Positions 35,301 through 50,300 of a stretch of 64,000 bases of DNA are shown in pieces. Both the position numbers and the translations under genes were made by a program. The DNA comes from Octopus vulgaris. Its lineage: Eukaryota. The DNA lies in contig OX597814.1 in assembly GCA_951406725.2 (NCBI GenBank), forward strand, positions 163,060,001 to 163,124,000. The letters run 5' to 3'. The notes under the pieces were generated by a model. That model saw only the letters and a program-made list of their open reading frames with translations. It ran no database searches and was not told where the DNA came from. Position 1 is the stretch's first letter. Each line of letters starts with the position of its first letter.

Positions 35301-38300
35301 AATTAATCTCATTGACATAGCACTTAGTAATTCTCTCTCTGCTGAATTGAAATGCAACAACTTCCAGCAAACAACACACTAACTGATTCCATAAGACACG
35401 AAAGAATGTAGAGTAAACAGCTACATTTGATGATTTTCAGGAAGCTTTTATCAGTTCTGGCATTTTATCATCAGATTATATGCAAGAGGGAAAAATAATG
35501 CAATATAGTATCATATTTTCTTTTCCCTTGTTGTACTTGTTGAATACTTGAAGACCGCAAACAGGCTCAAATAAATAGAGAAAAAAGGATACTTTTGGAG
35601 AGCACTTCCACCGTTTGAAATAATGACCCCAAGAGCAAACACAGCATTATTTCGAACCTCACTATCAGGATCTCTGGTAATTTTCATAAAGATTGGGTAG
35701 AACTGAGAAGTCAGACCAGCAGATGCCTCCCCACAAGCTTCAAGAGTTTCAGCAAGAGTACCAATTGCAAAAGATCGGTCAGCAATAGAGTTGTGACTTT
35801 TCTAGAATGTGAAGAAAATAGAAAAACATAATTAACAAATGACATTCTTCAGATTCATATTGCATAGGAAGTTAAATTAAAATATTCTAGGTTCGTTTTC
35901 AATCTAAGTAGCAGACTAAATACAGCAGCATATAATTTTTTTGCCCCTTACATTATAATTTTAAAAAGTGCTTTCAGGCTCAATAACAGTATTGGTAATT
36001 TATTGGTGCCAGTTCAATCCTTTCTATAAAATGAGAAGGAAAAAAAAATCAAAACAATTCATGTGTCTTGTCCAAAAGGAAAAGTACTGGTTTCTTTCAT
36101 ATGAAATGTCTCAGATAAACCAAAAGAGCAGTTGATTTCTTTTGCTGAGGTTGAAAGTAAAACAAGTTACTAATTCAAATATTTCAATAAGACAACTCAG
36201 GATACATGGATTTGATTAAGAAACAAATTGATAGCCATTAAATAAATATCAAATGCCAATGAGGATACTTACGTTGTTGCTAGAAATAGTAGCCAACTCT
36301 ACCCTCAAATGATACACTATCTTAAAAAAGTGGGACATTGAATAATATAGCTCTTGATAGAATAGTGATAGCTGAAAACCTAGTGATCATGGTGCTACTG
36401 GAATAAGTCTAACGAAATATTTGACAGTAAAAAGATTTTGGAAAAATCTCACCAGTTTTTTCAGGAGATCCGGTATAAAAGACTCAAAATATGGCATGAA
36501 AGCTTTTCCACCAATTAATTTAGCCGTGGCAGGCAATATTTCTCCAGCAGATTCTACAAGATACGCATCATATTCAGCTTCTTGGTCCTCCTCTTCACCA
36601 TCGTCATCATCATCATTATCATCTTGACAAGTTGTCTAGAGAAAGTTAGGTTTATTAATAGATGAATGACATAAACTGTAAATTAGGACCAGAAAAAAAA
36701 AAGTACTCAATACATGGAGCAGAGTTTGAAGGTGAAGATTCACTGTCACTACTCAGTTTACTGAAACAATTCAGGTAACAAAATGAACTTTTTATTGCTG
36801 GAAGGATTCTTAAAGTAAAAGAAAAAACTGAGTAACAACAAAGCACATCTTCAGCTTCAAACAAATAAACTAGTAAATGTATTGAGCACATTTCTCCGGT
36901 TTGACACAAGTAAAGAAAAGGCATATAAACAAAATTATGATTGTACAAAATGAAAGTAAGCACATCAGTTTATCAGATGAGTGATTTCTATTGTGTATTA
37001 TGTCCCAAAAATTCAATCTGTTTTAATATTTTTATGATTCTAGGTGAGATCAAACATTGCTCAAAATGTAATCAATACTTCACATACTTTTGCAAATAAT
37101 GTATTGGTTCATCTTTTCATTAGTTCTTAAAGTTACTTTGATCAAAGATGATGTAAATAGCTACCAGTTTCATGGAAGATGCCCACTGCATGGCAAGCAG
37201 CAGATACTGAACATCCAGTTTAAGCTGCTTTGATGCAAAAATTCTATTTCAGTTTATGCATTTGGGCAATTTTTGATCACATTCTTGATGACAAACTTTT
37301 TCATTTATCCAACACAATGGACCTTGGGGTGAAATAATCAAATACTTAATAGTTTGTTTTGCATAATTAGACTATAATTTCAAATATTAAAACACTGGTT
37401 TCAAAAATGCTCATATAGTAAAATTCATTAATGCTACCACTAACAGTATTATATTAAGAGAAAAAAAAATTTTCAAGTAGCTTGCTTACAAACCGCATGG
37501 TTCCGGGTTCAGTCCCACTGTGTGGCACCTTGGGCAAGTGTCTACTATAGCCTCGGGCCAACCAAAGCTTTGTGAGTGGATTTGGTAGATGGATGCTGAA
37601 AAAAGCCTGTCGTATATATGTATGTGAGTGTATATGTTTGTGTGTCTGTTTGTTCCCCCAACATCACTTGGCCACAGTCAAATGACAAGTAAAAAGAATT
37701 TTTAAAAAAAGAGTATATCTAAACATGTATAATTTATAAGAGTAAAAGATTCTCTTTTTTTATCATATTGTTTGAACAAGTCATTAAATATTAAGTTTAA
37801 TTATCAGTACATTTGTCACTACACTAACAGATGTCTATGTATGTATATATATTTCTTTACTACCCACCCACAAGGGGCTAAACACAGAAGGGACAAACAA
37901 GGACAGACAAACGGATTAAGTCGATTACATCGACCCCAAAAGGATGAAAAGCAAAGTTGACCTCGGCGGAATTTGAACTCAGAACGTAACGGCAGACGAA
38001 ATACGGCTACGCATTTCGCCCGGCGTGCTAATGTTTCTGCCAGCTCACCGCCTTTATGTCTATGTATGTGTATAAGTAACACAATATATCTATAGGTTGT
38101 CCAACACATGCTAGCATGGAAAACGGATATTAAACGATGATGATGTGTAAAAGTTTTTCCCAATATTCAAAGAAAGATTTTCTTGAAAGTTTTTAGCTAT
38201 TTTGGAAAAGCTATTTTGTGAAACAGAATATCAAATCTTTTGGAAGGAAGTTTTCATATTGCATTTTGTGTGTAAATGCTTTGATGAACAAGAAAAGTGC

Positions 38301-41300
38301 TAATACACACATGATAAAAACTTTCCAAAATGATCAAGGGATTAGATGGCCATTTTAATTTAATACTGCTTCAACTATGTAACAGAAACGTTCCTAAATT
38401 CACTTGAAAAACTCAAATTTTGAACTGAAACAAATATTTAGACTTCTTGCTTTTAATTGCTGTTTTATAAGAAAAACAACACACCATTCCCAATAACCAA
38501 GTTGGAGCAGTTTTTTACATATGAACCCTCTTTTGATTCATATTTCACTAGGGTGGACACTCACAACCAGTCACCATTTAAAAACTATTGTATTTTTATG
38601 ATATCAAGAATTATATAAATGTATTTTAAAAATGTGTATTGTAGAAGAACAGTAATCCCTCAACTATCGCAGGTTCCAAAACCCCTGCAATAGGTGAAAA
38701 TCCGAAGTAGAAACAGTATTGTATATTTTTATAATTTGTATATATTTTATATATACAGAGGAATTGACATAAGCTTAAATAATAAACCATGATAGGTAAA
38801 CTGTGATATGGCAAGGGATTAATGCATAACCAATTTATTGCAGACAAATTGTAATGGTAAAATCTTATATGAACCCCAAAGGTTAGGTGGACCCTGGTTG
38901 AGAACCAATGGTTTAGAGGAAGTAGTACATACAAAACTCAAATATTTAAACCAAATTTCATATTTCAATACATAAAACTATAATCTATGAAAAATGTAAT
39001 AAATTTACACCTGAAACATTTCAATATTATTCAGGATACTAACCTGATGAGAAAAGACTTCTCGAGTTCTGGTCAAAATGGAATCAATCATACCATCTTC
39101 ACACATATATGGTGATCCTATCTTGGTAAGTAGCTCTACTAAAGCGTCCACAGCAGCTGTCACAGTCATCCGGTCATTATCTTCTTTGATACGTTCTAAA
39201 AGCATTGGTACAACCGTTTTGATCATACCAGACAACACTGGGAAAAAAAAATTTAAAAAGATAACATTCAAATTCCACTTTAGAACTATTTTAGCTGAGC
39301 AATTTCTAACAGAATATACAATTCAAATTAGCTTTACAGAGAAGTTAACCCGATTAGCTGACATCTCGAGTATAAAACATTAGTCGCACAACTGATTTGC
39401 ATAAAAGACAGAATTGAGGGAAAAGGCAGCTTGATAGTTAAGATAACAGTTTATGTATAAAAAAGAGAAATGGCTATATGGTATAAACATGTAATATATA
39501 TAGACAGTACCTACTGAGTGAAAGATTACTGCTTGCTAACAATGAAGGTAATTATAGCAAAGGAAAAGAAGTCCAGGTCAGATCTATGGAGATGACAATG
39601 GATCTTAGAGACACAAAAATCATGTAAAACCTTCAAAGAAGACCTAGAGAATGACACCCTGCTCAACTGTAGCATGTGAAAATGGAGATTAAAACAATAA
39701 CAAAGACAATTTGCTAAGTAAAACAGTCAGATCAATCACTTACCTTCTTGTGATTCCAAGTCATTTGTCTTTTGAAAAACTTGATGAAGACTTAAACAAA
39801 ACTGTGCAAGTGTTGTAACGACAGCTTTACGGACTTGAGCTAAAGGATAGACTAATACTTGAGTGACAGCATCATAGCAGTTTTGCAGGTATGGCATGAA
39901 AACCGTGCTTTACAACAGAACAAAAAAACAAAAGCGGGTTGGAATTAGAACAAGAGAAATTTAATGCATTGATATCAAAAATTCCTAAAACAAAGTGAAA
40001 AAAAGAAAAGAAAATCCTTCCAGATTTTTACATCAGCTATATGTGAACAGCAACATTATCCAAAATGAAGCAATTTAAAACAGTAAGACAAGGAAATCTA
40101 GACTGTTTTGAAAATATGTTGGTCAATACAATAAAATCAATGTTGCATTTCGACTGATATTTTCCTTACTGCATTATTTTAGTTGTGTTTCTATTGTTTC
40201 AATTTTGTTTGATCCACTGACTAGAGATGAGAGAAGCTATATCAATTATATATAATCCTTTAGATTTTATATTTTGTAATTTAAATAGCAAGTCTACACA
40301 TACTAATGACCAGACAAGTTAACATAACAAATAACACTGAAGATTGAAATTGATTAGTGTTAAAATTTACATCTCATTAACACCATAATTGAAAATATAG
40401 ATTACATTCTTTTCATCTAAGGGAGTAAAAAACTGACCAAAAGAATTAAAATTTTTGCTTAGAATAAATTTCATCATCTCTCAAAGCGATTAATTTCTGT
40501 TCACTAGAACAAAGAGGAACATACCCAATATTAACAGCAAGGTCACCTAACACTGTGCAAGCATCAGCTTTTTCATCAACAAATGAATTTTCAACTTGAA
40601 TTCTAGACAAAGAAAATAAGATGAAAATCTTAGGGGCCAAATAAAAAATGTGCAACAAAACTGGAATAAAGAAAAGTAAAAAAAAAAAAAAAATTATGTA
40701 TAAATAGGATTAAAAATACACCTATAGATTAAGTTCAATTTTGTACTTGCTTGAAATATAGTTCAGAGTTAATTGATATCTAATTAACATGGAGATTTAA
40801 ATATTAAATCTAAATTTGTTTCAAGCATTGCTTCAGCCAGATATCCCATAACTAAAACTTACAAATGTAAAACTGAAACATTTCATAATGCAATACTCCC
40901 TAATTAAATTTTAAAATTATTAAACAACTCGATTTACAAATACTGTTATGTACAAATCACTGATTATTAATGAAGAAAAACATTTTGTATGTAAAATAAT
41001 GGTGAATTAGAAAACATATTTATAAAAACATACACGTATAATTTTTCTTCCTCATCTTCAGATTCAGTGTCCTGATCTCCTAAGTTCTCTTCCGTATTTT
41101 CATCATCATCAATATCAATAAAATTGGCAGTGGAAATATCATCAACATCCTCTTTGTATTGAAGCTGTATGCAGATGTATAAACAAATTCACAACAACCA
41201 TGAATGTTGAGATAACAAAAACAGTTTGCTGGATCGTGACAATCGTCAATTAAAAAAACAAAATACATCTAATTATTCGAACTTGTTGTAGTGAACTAAT

Positions 41301-44300
41301 GCTTTGAACATTTCTATTATTTTACATAAGTAAAAGAACACACTGCAATTCAAAATCTGGAAATTCAGATATTTGCATATCTTGTTATGCTATGTTATTT
41401 TATAGTTTGATGCCGGTTTTAATATCCAAATTAGTTAATTGGATGATTCAAACAGAATATGGGGAGAATGCAATAACTGAAGACAAAATTTTGATTCAGC
41501 ACCTTTTGTGCTGATAAATTCAGTCTCTGCATATGTATTGGGTAACAACAAATCCCATATCATTATAGCAAATAAAAAGTCTGTCAAAATTATAAAACTG
41601 ATAGTTTAACTTACCTGTACACCCTCTGAAGACTTCACAGAACTTAGAATAATAGGAACTATTTCTGGAAGATATTTAGCCATTTCATCTTTCAGTAAAA
41701 CAGACATTGAAGCAAACAGTCCATATCTGATGGTTAGAGAATGACAAAATTAGTTAACATAAAAAAACAATATTTTAAACAGCCTTCACTAAAAACTAAA
41801 TATAATTTACTTATATGAAAGACATAACATCTGTTCAAGCAACCTTCACCACATGCTAGCTGAAGATAACAATTTTAATTCAATAATATCTTTCAACTCA
41901 GCTTTGATGCTAAGTGAAAATGTGCACGAGTGTTCAAATACACAAATTTTATAGCCTTCTGTCATAAGAAGCAAACTTTAATTTAGTTTTTGTCATAGTA
42001 AGAGCTTGCAACATTATACAACTGCTAGCTAATGAAAATTTATTGCATCTGCAAAGAAAGCTTCTTAAACAGCACTCCTAAATTCAACTGTTTTCCATTG
42101 ATTTGATGTCTTATTCTGCATAAAACCTATACCAACAGAGAAATAAATCAAGGTTCAAGCAAGAAATATATAATCACTGTACATTAATGCAGTGACCTTT
42201 ACGGGATCTCCAATAACAATTGTATGCCATGAATAGGGGTTTTGTGAGGTTGTGCACAAACTTCAAAATAACATGAAATTTGGATAATTTTCTATGCACA
42301 TTAAGAACTGGCAAACATTTTTTTTTCAACTTTACTCGAAATTTCATTAACCCCTTAGCATTGAAACTGGCCTATTTGGCCCAAATATTTTACCTGCTTT
42401 ATGTTCAAACTGACCAGATCCAGTTTCTCACACCTACCCTACAAAGTCATTCTGAAAATGAACATTTGCATCATCGAAATCTCAAACCAATAAGATAATG
42501 TATGATTAATTTCAAACAATGTGAATAAGCATAACATTTCACAGAATAATCTGAATGCTAAAGAGTTAAATTTCCAAAACATATAAGTCACACTTCCTCT
42601 TTGACAAACCCCTAGTGATTAGAAAAACAAAAGTAGCGCTAAACAGTACATGGCCAGTGGTAACAGAATAGTCATGATCCTAAAATTAAATGTTATTGTT
42701 TGGCTCACTCAACACAGACATCAGATAGTGATTAAGGGGTAAGAACATATTAAATTTTAAGATAATAGCTTAACATTTTTAATTTTATTGTTGCAGGGTC
42801 ATTTGTTCAGAGACAATAAAACAGATGCTCAGTCAGTGAAGTAAAATTTTGAACCAAAATAGCATACAGAACCAAAGCCAGTTCTTATCAAATGATCTAA
42901 TGGAATAAGAGTACTTTTGAAAAAAAAGATCTTTACAACTTACACACATCGCCTCAAGTCTGGGTCATCTTTCTGTTCAATGAGATGCACTCCCATTTGC
43001 ATTACATTATCAGCAATTGGAAGAAACTCATTGCTATCAATGTTCCGGGCCAGTACAGCTAATGTATCTAGAAAGACAAGTCAAAAACTTTTCAGCAATT
43101 TTTCTAACATATATAATAAACTGAATTTATACAACACAGAATTGACACTGTTTTTATATCAGTTTTTTCCCATATTGGCATGGGGTAGACAAGATCTTGT
43201 AAGGAGCTATTCTAAAATTAACCGTCTTTAACAGTACTTTATTCGACATGATTTCACATATCGAAACACTGAGCCATAGGATATGTTGTTTACACAGGAA
43301 ATGTAATTTAAAGCCCAAGTGATGTCAATACAAAGACATCAGAATCTGAGTTGGTTCTTATTCAAAGTTATTGCTCTTAGAATGATTGCAGGCTATCTTG
43401 CTCAAACATTTCCATTTTCAGCTTGGTTTCTATGGTTAAATGCCCTTCCAAACACTTTACGGAGTGTACAAACTGTATTTTATATCTGCAGAGATTGTCA
43501 TAATTTTGGAAAAACTAAAGGGTCGTGTGTGTCCATTCAAACACACATGATGGACTTTTGTACAGTTCCCATCTACCAAATTTCACTAAGACCTTGGTTG
43601 ATCTGAAAGAACAGTAGAAGTTACTTGCCTAAAGTGTCATGCAGTGTGATTCAACCCAAAACCATGGGGACGTGAAGCAAATTTTTTAATCATACAACTA
43701 TGTCTTCACCTACATCATCATCGTTTAATGTCTGTTTTCCATGCTGGCATGGGTTGGATGGTTTGACTAAGGTCTGGAGAGCCAGCAGCTGCACCAGGCT
43801 CCTATCTGATCAGGCAATGTTTCTACAGCTGGATGCCCTTCTTAATGCCAACCACTCCAAGAGTGTAGTGGGTGCTTTTTACATGCCACTGGCACAGGAG
43901 CCAGTCAGGCAGGCCTGACATCGATTATGTTCAGATGGTGTTCTTTAGGTACCACTGGCACAAGAGCCAGTCAGTGGGTACTGGCATTGGCCAAAGATAT
44001 GACAAGATAACATTTAGACTTACTGGCAACATGCTACACAAGATAAATATAGCAGTAATTACAACACACACAAGAATTTATAAAATGGTACTGATGAACA
44101 ATATCCATATGTAAATGCAGAAAACATTAAAAAGATTGTCGTTAAACAGTCAAGTGACAACATCTCATTAATTACGTCTTTAGCTTTACAATTGGATGGT
44201 AGCCAGAATTATCATAGCAATTAATGAACACTATGATATGCATACAATTATTCAGTAATGCCCTCAGTAGCCTAGTGGTTAGGGTGATGCACATAATTAT

Positions 44301-47300
44301 AAGATTGAGGGTTTGATTCCTGGACTGGGAGGTGCATTGTGTTCTTGCACAAAATACTTCATGTTGCTCTGCAATCATTTCAGTATCTAACATGCTGTAC
44401 ACTGCACATGTGTAGGTAATGCAGATTTGATGGAAGGAGTGAGCATATGTGCAACACAAACATTTGATTGCTATCAACAAATTTATGCAGGTTATTCAAG
44501 AAATTGCAAAACTGTCTTTCTCAAACTGTCATTAACACTCAGTGATAAATCATTTACCTAACACTTATTACAATTCACCTTTATTTACAAATTGAACTCA
44601 AATATTTAGCTAAATTGAATTACAATTTACAACAAAGGAAGAAAAATGAATGCTAAAACCAAAATAAAAATATATCAGATATGGAGAAATATATACATCT
44701 TAAATTTGTTAAAGTTCAGAATATTTTGCAAGCAACTTGCACAGTCAAGTGCTACCAATCGAGAACTCTACATACCATCATTGCACACCACCTCCCCCAC
44801 TCACTGATATGAGGCCCCGCTTGCTAGATCAACTGGTTATCAAATAAAGCTCAATATTCTTCTAGCCATCGTTCATCATCTCTTTTTAACCAAATCCAGT
44901 GGCTAGCCTTCTCCACTCTAGATTGGATATCAGTCATGGTGGTATTGACTTTACAATGAGTTAGGCCTAACGATAACAACATTATGTCAAACATTCTATG
45001 AAAAGCATTGCATACAAAAATTTAAGGATAGTGAAATAATGAATTAAAATTTAAAAAAATAGTAATAAAACTGTAGACCAATTATTTTTAAAGTATAATT
45101 TAGAATTTCAAGCCATACACTTAATGATTTTCATCTTTATGTTAAGAAAATGACAAAAAAATTGCAAAACGTATCAGGAATATACTGTGAAATGATTGTT
45201 TAAGTTGGAGCTTCTTATTAAGAATTTTTTTTATATGGCCAAAGTCCTTTTATATTCAGTTTGGAACAATAAAGCTCTAAGTTGTATCAGTGTTTTAAGA
45301 CCTCAGTTTTAATATCATTATCAAGAAGTTAAAACTGAGGAAGTCTAGAAAGATAGGACTTTGGAAGTTTACTGTTCCAAATTAAATAAAGAGGTCTACC
45401 AAAGAAATCTGGCAGAATTGTTAGCAGACAAGATGCTTAGTGGCATTTCATCAGTCTTTACATTCTGAATTCAAATTCTGCTGAGGTCAACTTTGCCTTT
45501 CATCCTTTCAGAGTTAAAATAAGTACCAGTTGAGAATCGAGCTCCATGTAATCGACTTGCCCCTCCCACAAAATTCCTAGTTTTATGCCAAAATTTGAAA
45601 CCAATATAACATATATAATAGAAGTACAAAATCAAACAAAATTTACAACAGAGAAATAATCCTACAAAGTAGACAAGTTATTAAATTCATTCATGAGTAG
45701 AATTATAACATACCGATAGCTTGTACATGTAACGTAAGAAAGTCTTCATTGTCTATGTTGAGAATCTCATTAACATCATTGAGTACCGTCTGAAAATATG
45801 GCTGCATTCCTTGACCAGCAGCATTGGCTGTGAAAAGTAAAATCAAAATAGAAAAGTCACAAATGGATTGACAAAACTATCAACATTTCAAAGCAACATA
45901 CAAAAACTATCAATGATTTATTGGTTGCTTAACCCTTTAACAGCCAGGTTCCTTTGTCAAATCTAATGCTTATTTATTCACATTATTACAAATTAAAAAC
46001 ACATTATTTTGTACTTTCAAGATTTCAATAGTGCACTTGTATGTTTTTGAAAGGACATTGTAGGGTAGGGGTCAGAAGTTAGACCTGGTCAGTTTGAACA
46101 CAAAACAGATAGAATATTTAAGCCAGATTTGGTCGGATTAAATGCTAAAGGGTTAAAGCCAAAGATTTTTAAGGTTAGTGATTGAAGTAGGGAAAGATAT
46201 GCAGAAAGATCTGAAGACAAACAAATTACTTTATGTTGGATCTAGAAGGTAAGGGGCAATAGCACTGATATGGGACAAGGATAGCTGGGGAAATAAGTTC
46301 AATTACTTAGATGCAGTATATGATCTGCAAATTCAAAGTAAACACTATGATAGTCACAACAGGAGAACTATGCAAGTTACTGGAAAGTGTATAAAGCTTG
46401 AATATTAATTATGTAGAGTTTATGAAGTGGTGAAGTACTTTATAAATATGAAAGTGGAAACCCAATCTGTTACATAATTTTGAGAATACAGTACATATAT
46501 GGTTGTAATAAGAGATCATCTGAGAATTCAAATTGCCTTTGAAAGGACAGCAGCCAGGAGGGTAATGTATTATGTTCCTTTGAAATATATAAATTGTATT
46601 TTGATGTTTAGTAACACTGGTAAGCTAGGAAACTGGCGTAAATAGCAGTGCAACAGCTGTTACTTATATAAGAATTATAACAGAGTAAAGCAATAACACA
46701 AAACTTAATGATATCTGGATAGTGAAATTAAAAAAAGGATCCACTATTACTCTTGATAACATACACATACTAGTTGACATAATAAAGAGTCAAGAAAACA
46801 ACAGAATTTACAACAGGACAGTAAAAACTTTAACATGTTATAGAACATACTAATTAAACTCAATGTAAAGATTTGAAGAATTTAACAGAATATTTAACTT
46901 ACCAACTGCTCCAATAACACTGACTGCAACTTCTTTGGTTTTTAAGCTGGATGATGTCTTCAATACATTCATCAGATGATCCATAATATCCGGTAAGAAA
47001 GGAAGAATAGCTTCACCTTGAAATAAAAAAGACATATGTATCATAATATATGTGAATTAAATAGGACAGCAAACTTGCAGAATTATTAGCACACCGGACA
47101 AAATGCTCGGTGGCATTTTGTCAGTCTTTACATTCTGAGTTCAAATTCCACAATGGTCAACTTTGCCGTTCATCCTTTTGGAGGATCAATAAAATTAGTA
47201 CCAGTTGAGCACTGGGGTTCATATAACTGACATGCTCCCTCCCTCAAAATTTCTGACCTTGAATGAATTAGATTTAACTTGAAAACAATTTGTCAGATGG

Positions 47301-50300
47301 ATAGGGAAATCACTTTAATTACTAGATTTTTATTTTAAGAGATTTTTGATATATGTCCAATGGGAAGAGTTAATGAATTTTAAAACAAATCAGACTGGAT
47401 TCTCGTGCAGCCTTCCAGCATGCCAGCCCAGTCAAACCATCCAACCCATGCCAGCATGGACAACAGACGTTAAATGATTTATAGTGTGATAAAAATGAGC
47501 ACCAAATAAGATCAGATTCATTCAAAATGTCATTTTAGAGTTGTATATAGAAGCTAAATAGTTAAAAGAAGAGATTTATAGAGTATATGGTACATCAAGC
47601 ATTATATTTTACTTTCAACTAAAATTACTACTATCCATGTAAATTTGATCAATTATAAAGTACTAATTCTAATATCAGTATAGAAATATGTCCAACTGAA
47701 TTGCTGCCAACAGGATGGAAAGCAGACACAACAGGATGATACAGAATTTAGTAGAGAATACTGGCAGAATGGTTAATTGTGATGAATTAATTGTAGAGTT
47801 ATGAGATCAAGACTGTTGAGTCATGAAGTAAAGAACAGACTAGCATAGTAGCACCATAGTAAACTGCTACAAGGGTAAAGGCGATGCTTTAGATAGAAAT
47901 AACTAAAGGGGTGTCAAACTGCAGGATCAGGTGATGAAGATCATGGAGAGGGTCATAGCCCAACTAATTAGGGAGAGAATTTGCTTAGATGAGATGCAGT
48001 TTGGTTTCGTGCCTGGTAGATGTACCACTGATGCTATATTCCTGGTATGGCAGTTGTAGGAGAAATAGGTAGCCAAAGATAAACCCCTATACTTGGCTTT
48101 CTTGACTTGGAGAAAGCCTTTGAGAGGGTTCCGCAATCCTTTATCTGGTGGGCGGTGCAGAAACTGGAGATTGGTTAATAAGAGTTGCACAGGCCTTGTA
48201 TAGGGATGCCATTAGCAAGGTAAGGGTTGGCAACAAGTATAGCAAAGAATTCCAGGTAGAAGTAGGAGTTCACCAAGGATCAGCCCCACCTCTTATTCAT
48301 CATAATCCTCCAGGCAATAAGAATTCAAGACGGGCTGCTCCTGGGAGCTCCTCTATGCTGATAGAACTAGAATAAATTTCAGGTGTGGAAGCAACGTTTA
48401 GAATCGAAGGGCCTTAGAGTCAATGTTGCAAGTCCTAGTAAGTAGGAAGGCAAACATCATAAACCCCTTCAGTAGAAGTGTGAAGAAGTGTCACTCTCTA
48501 ACAGTGAAAGGAACCTGTGGAAGAGGGAGACCCAGGAAGACATGGGATGAGGTAGCGAAGCATGACCTTCGAACGTTGAGCCTCACAGAGGTAATGATGA
48601 AAGACCAGGACCTCTGGAGATATACTGTGATTGAGAAAACCCAGTAAGGAAAGTGAGATCACAGCCACAGCTTACACCAGTGTCACATAACCAGCCAATT
48701 TAAAAAGTACCTTTGAATCGTCAGGCAACATTTCGTACCTGAGGAGATCTATTGAGTCAAGTAAATCAAAATCAAATCAAATGGAAATTGTAGTTGTGGC
48801 CGTTACCAGTGTTGGTGGCACGCAATAAGCACCATTCATTCATGTGTAGGTTGCTGCCAGAGCCACCTGACTGGCTCCCCATGCCCGTGGAACATAAAAA
48901 GCACCATCCGGACGTGGTCAATGCCAGCACCCCACTGATAACCCAGACCGGCCCTTTTGCCGGTGGCACATAAAAAGCACCATCCGAACATGATCGATGC
49001 CAGTGCTGCCTGACTGGCTCCCATGCTGGTGGCATGCAAAAAGCACCCACTACACTCTCGGAGTGGTTGGTGTTAGGAAGGGCATCCAGCTGTAGAAATT
49101 TTGCCAGATCAGATTGGAGCCTGGTGAAGCCTCCTGGCTTACCAGTCTCCAGTCAAACCGTTCAACCCATGCCAGCATGGAAAACAGATGTTAATGATGA
49201 TGATGATGAGGTCTGGAAAGAGGGAAAGTACTTTAAAAGATAGGAAAAAAAATTTTTTTAAATAAAATAAAATAAAATAACAGCTGATAATTGATCCGAC
49301 CAGAGCTTAAAAGCTTTTTTTGTCAAAATAACACAAAATTATGTCTCAAAAGCAGAAAGAACATTACCTAACAGAAAAATGCAACAGCTTTGAAGAGCTG
49401 TGTTGAGACATTAAATGTGTTTAAGTGTTATTCAAGCCACTGGCTCTACTGCAATATGGTAGTATTAGAAAATTAGATCAATAGTGTAAGCATAAATGTG
49501 TCAAAGTAATACAGTTAAACATACCAAGATTCTCACAGATTCTCTCCAGAGCATAATAAGTTTTTGTGAGGCCATTGATATTTTGAGGGTTCTCTTGAAG
49601 TGTCTTTAACAGATTGTTAAAAAGCAAAGGAAGAAGATGTGGTGCCATATTGTTGATTTCAGGCTGAGATTAAAAGAACAATCAGATAAGCAAAAGTGAA
49701 TTAAAAAAAAATAGAGAAAATGAAAAACATGAGAATAATAAAAATAGTAAAAAAGTTGAAACTTTATTGCACTTCCTATTAAAAAGGAGCTTTATGTACA
49801 AGTATCCCAAAAGTCACTGACTGGTTTCAATTTTTAATAACTTAACTTTACAAATAAATACATGAAATTTTGAAACAATATAAAGGACATAATGGAAATT
49901 AATGAGCACAAGTCAAATTTTGCAACACAACTACATCACATATGAAAAATGACATCACTTAAATGGCAACCATTTTCAGCTTCGCATGCCCATGCTCTTT
50001 CCAAAACTTGCACCATAACACTCAAGAGTTTCAGAACCCACTTCTCTGATTTCTCTTGATGTTCTTCAGTTACACAAGGGTCTCCGGTTTGTTGACGTAA
50101 ACCGTCTCTTTCAGGTATCCATGATTGAGACCTTTTTGCACCTGGCCATTTAATGCAGACATGGTTCCAGCAAGATGGTGCAACTGCTCATACTGCAAGA
50201 GAAACAATGCAGTTGCTACAACAGTGCTTTGGAGAGAGAATAATCTCTTGCTACAGCAATGTCGACTGCCCTTCACGTTCCCCAGACGTGACTAACTCGG

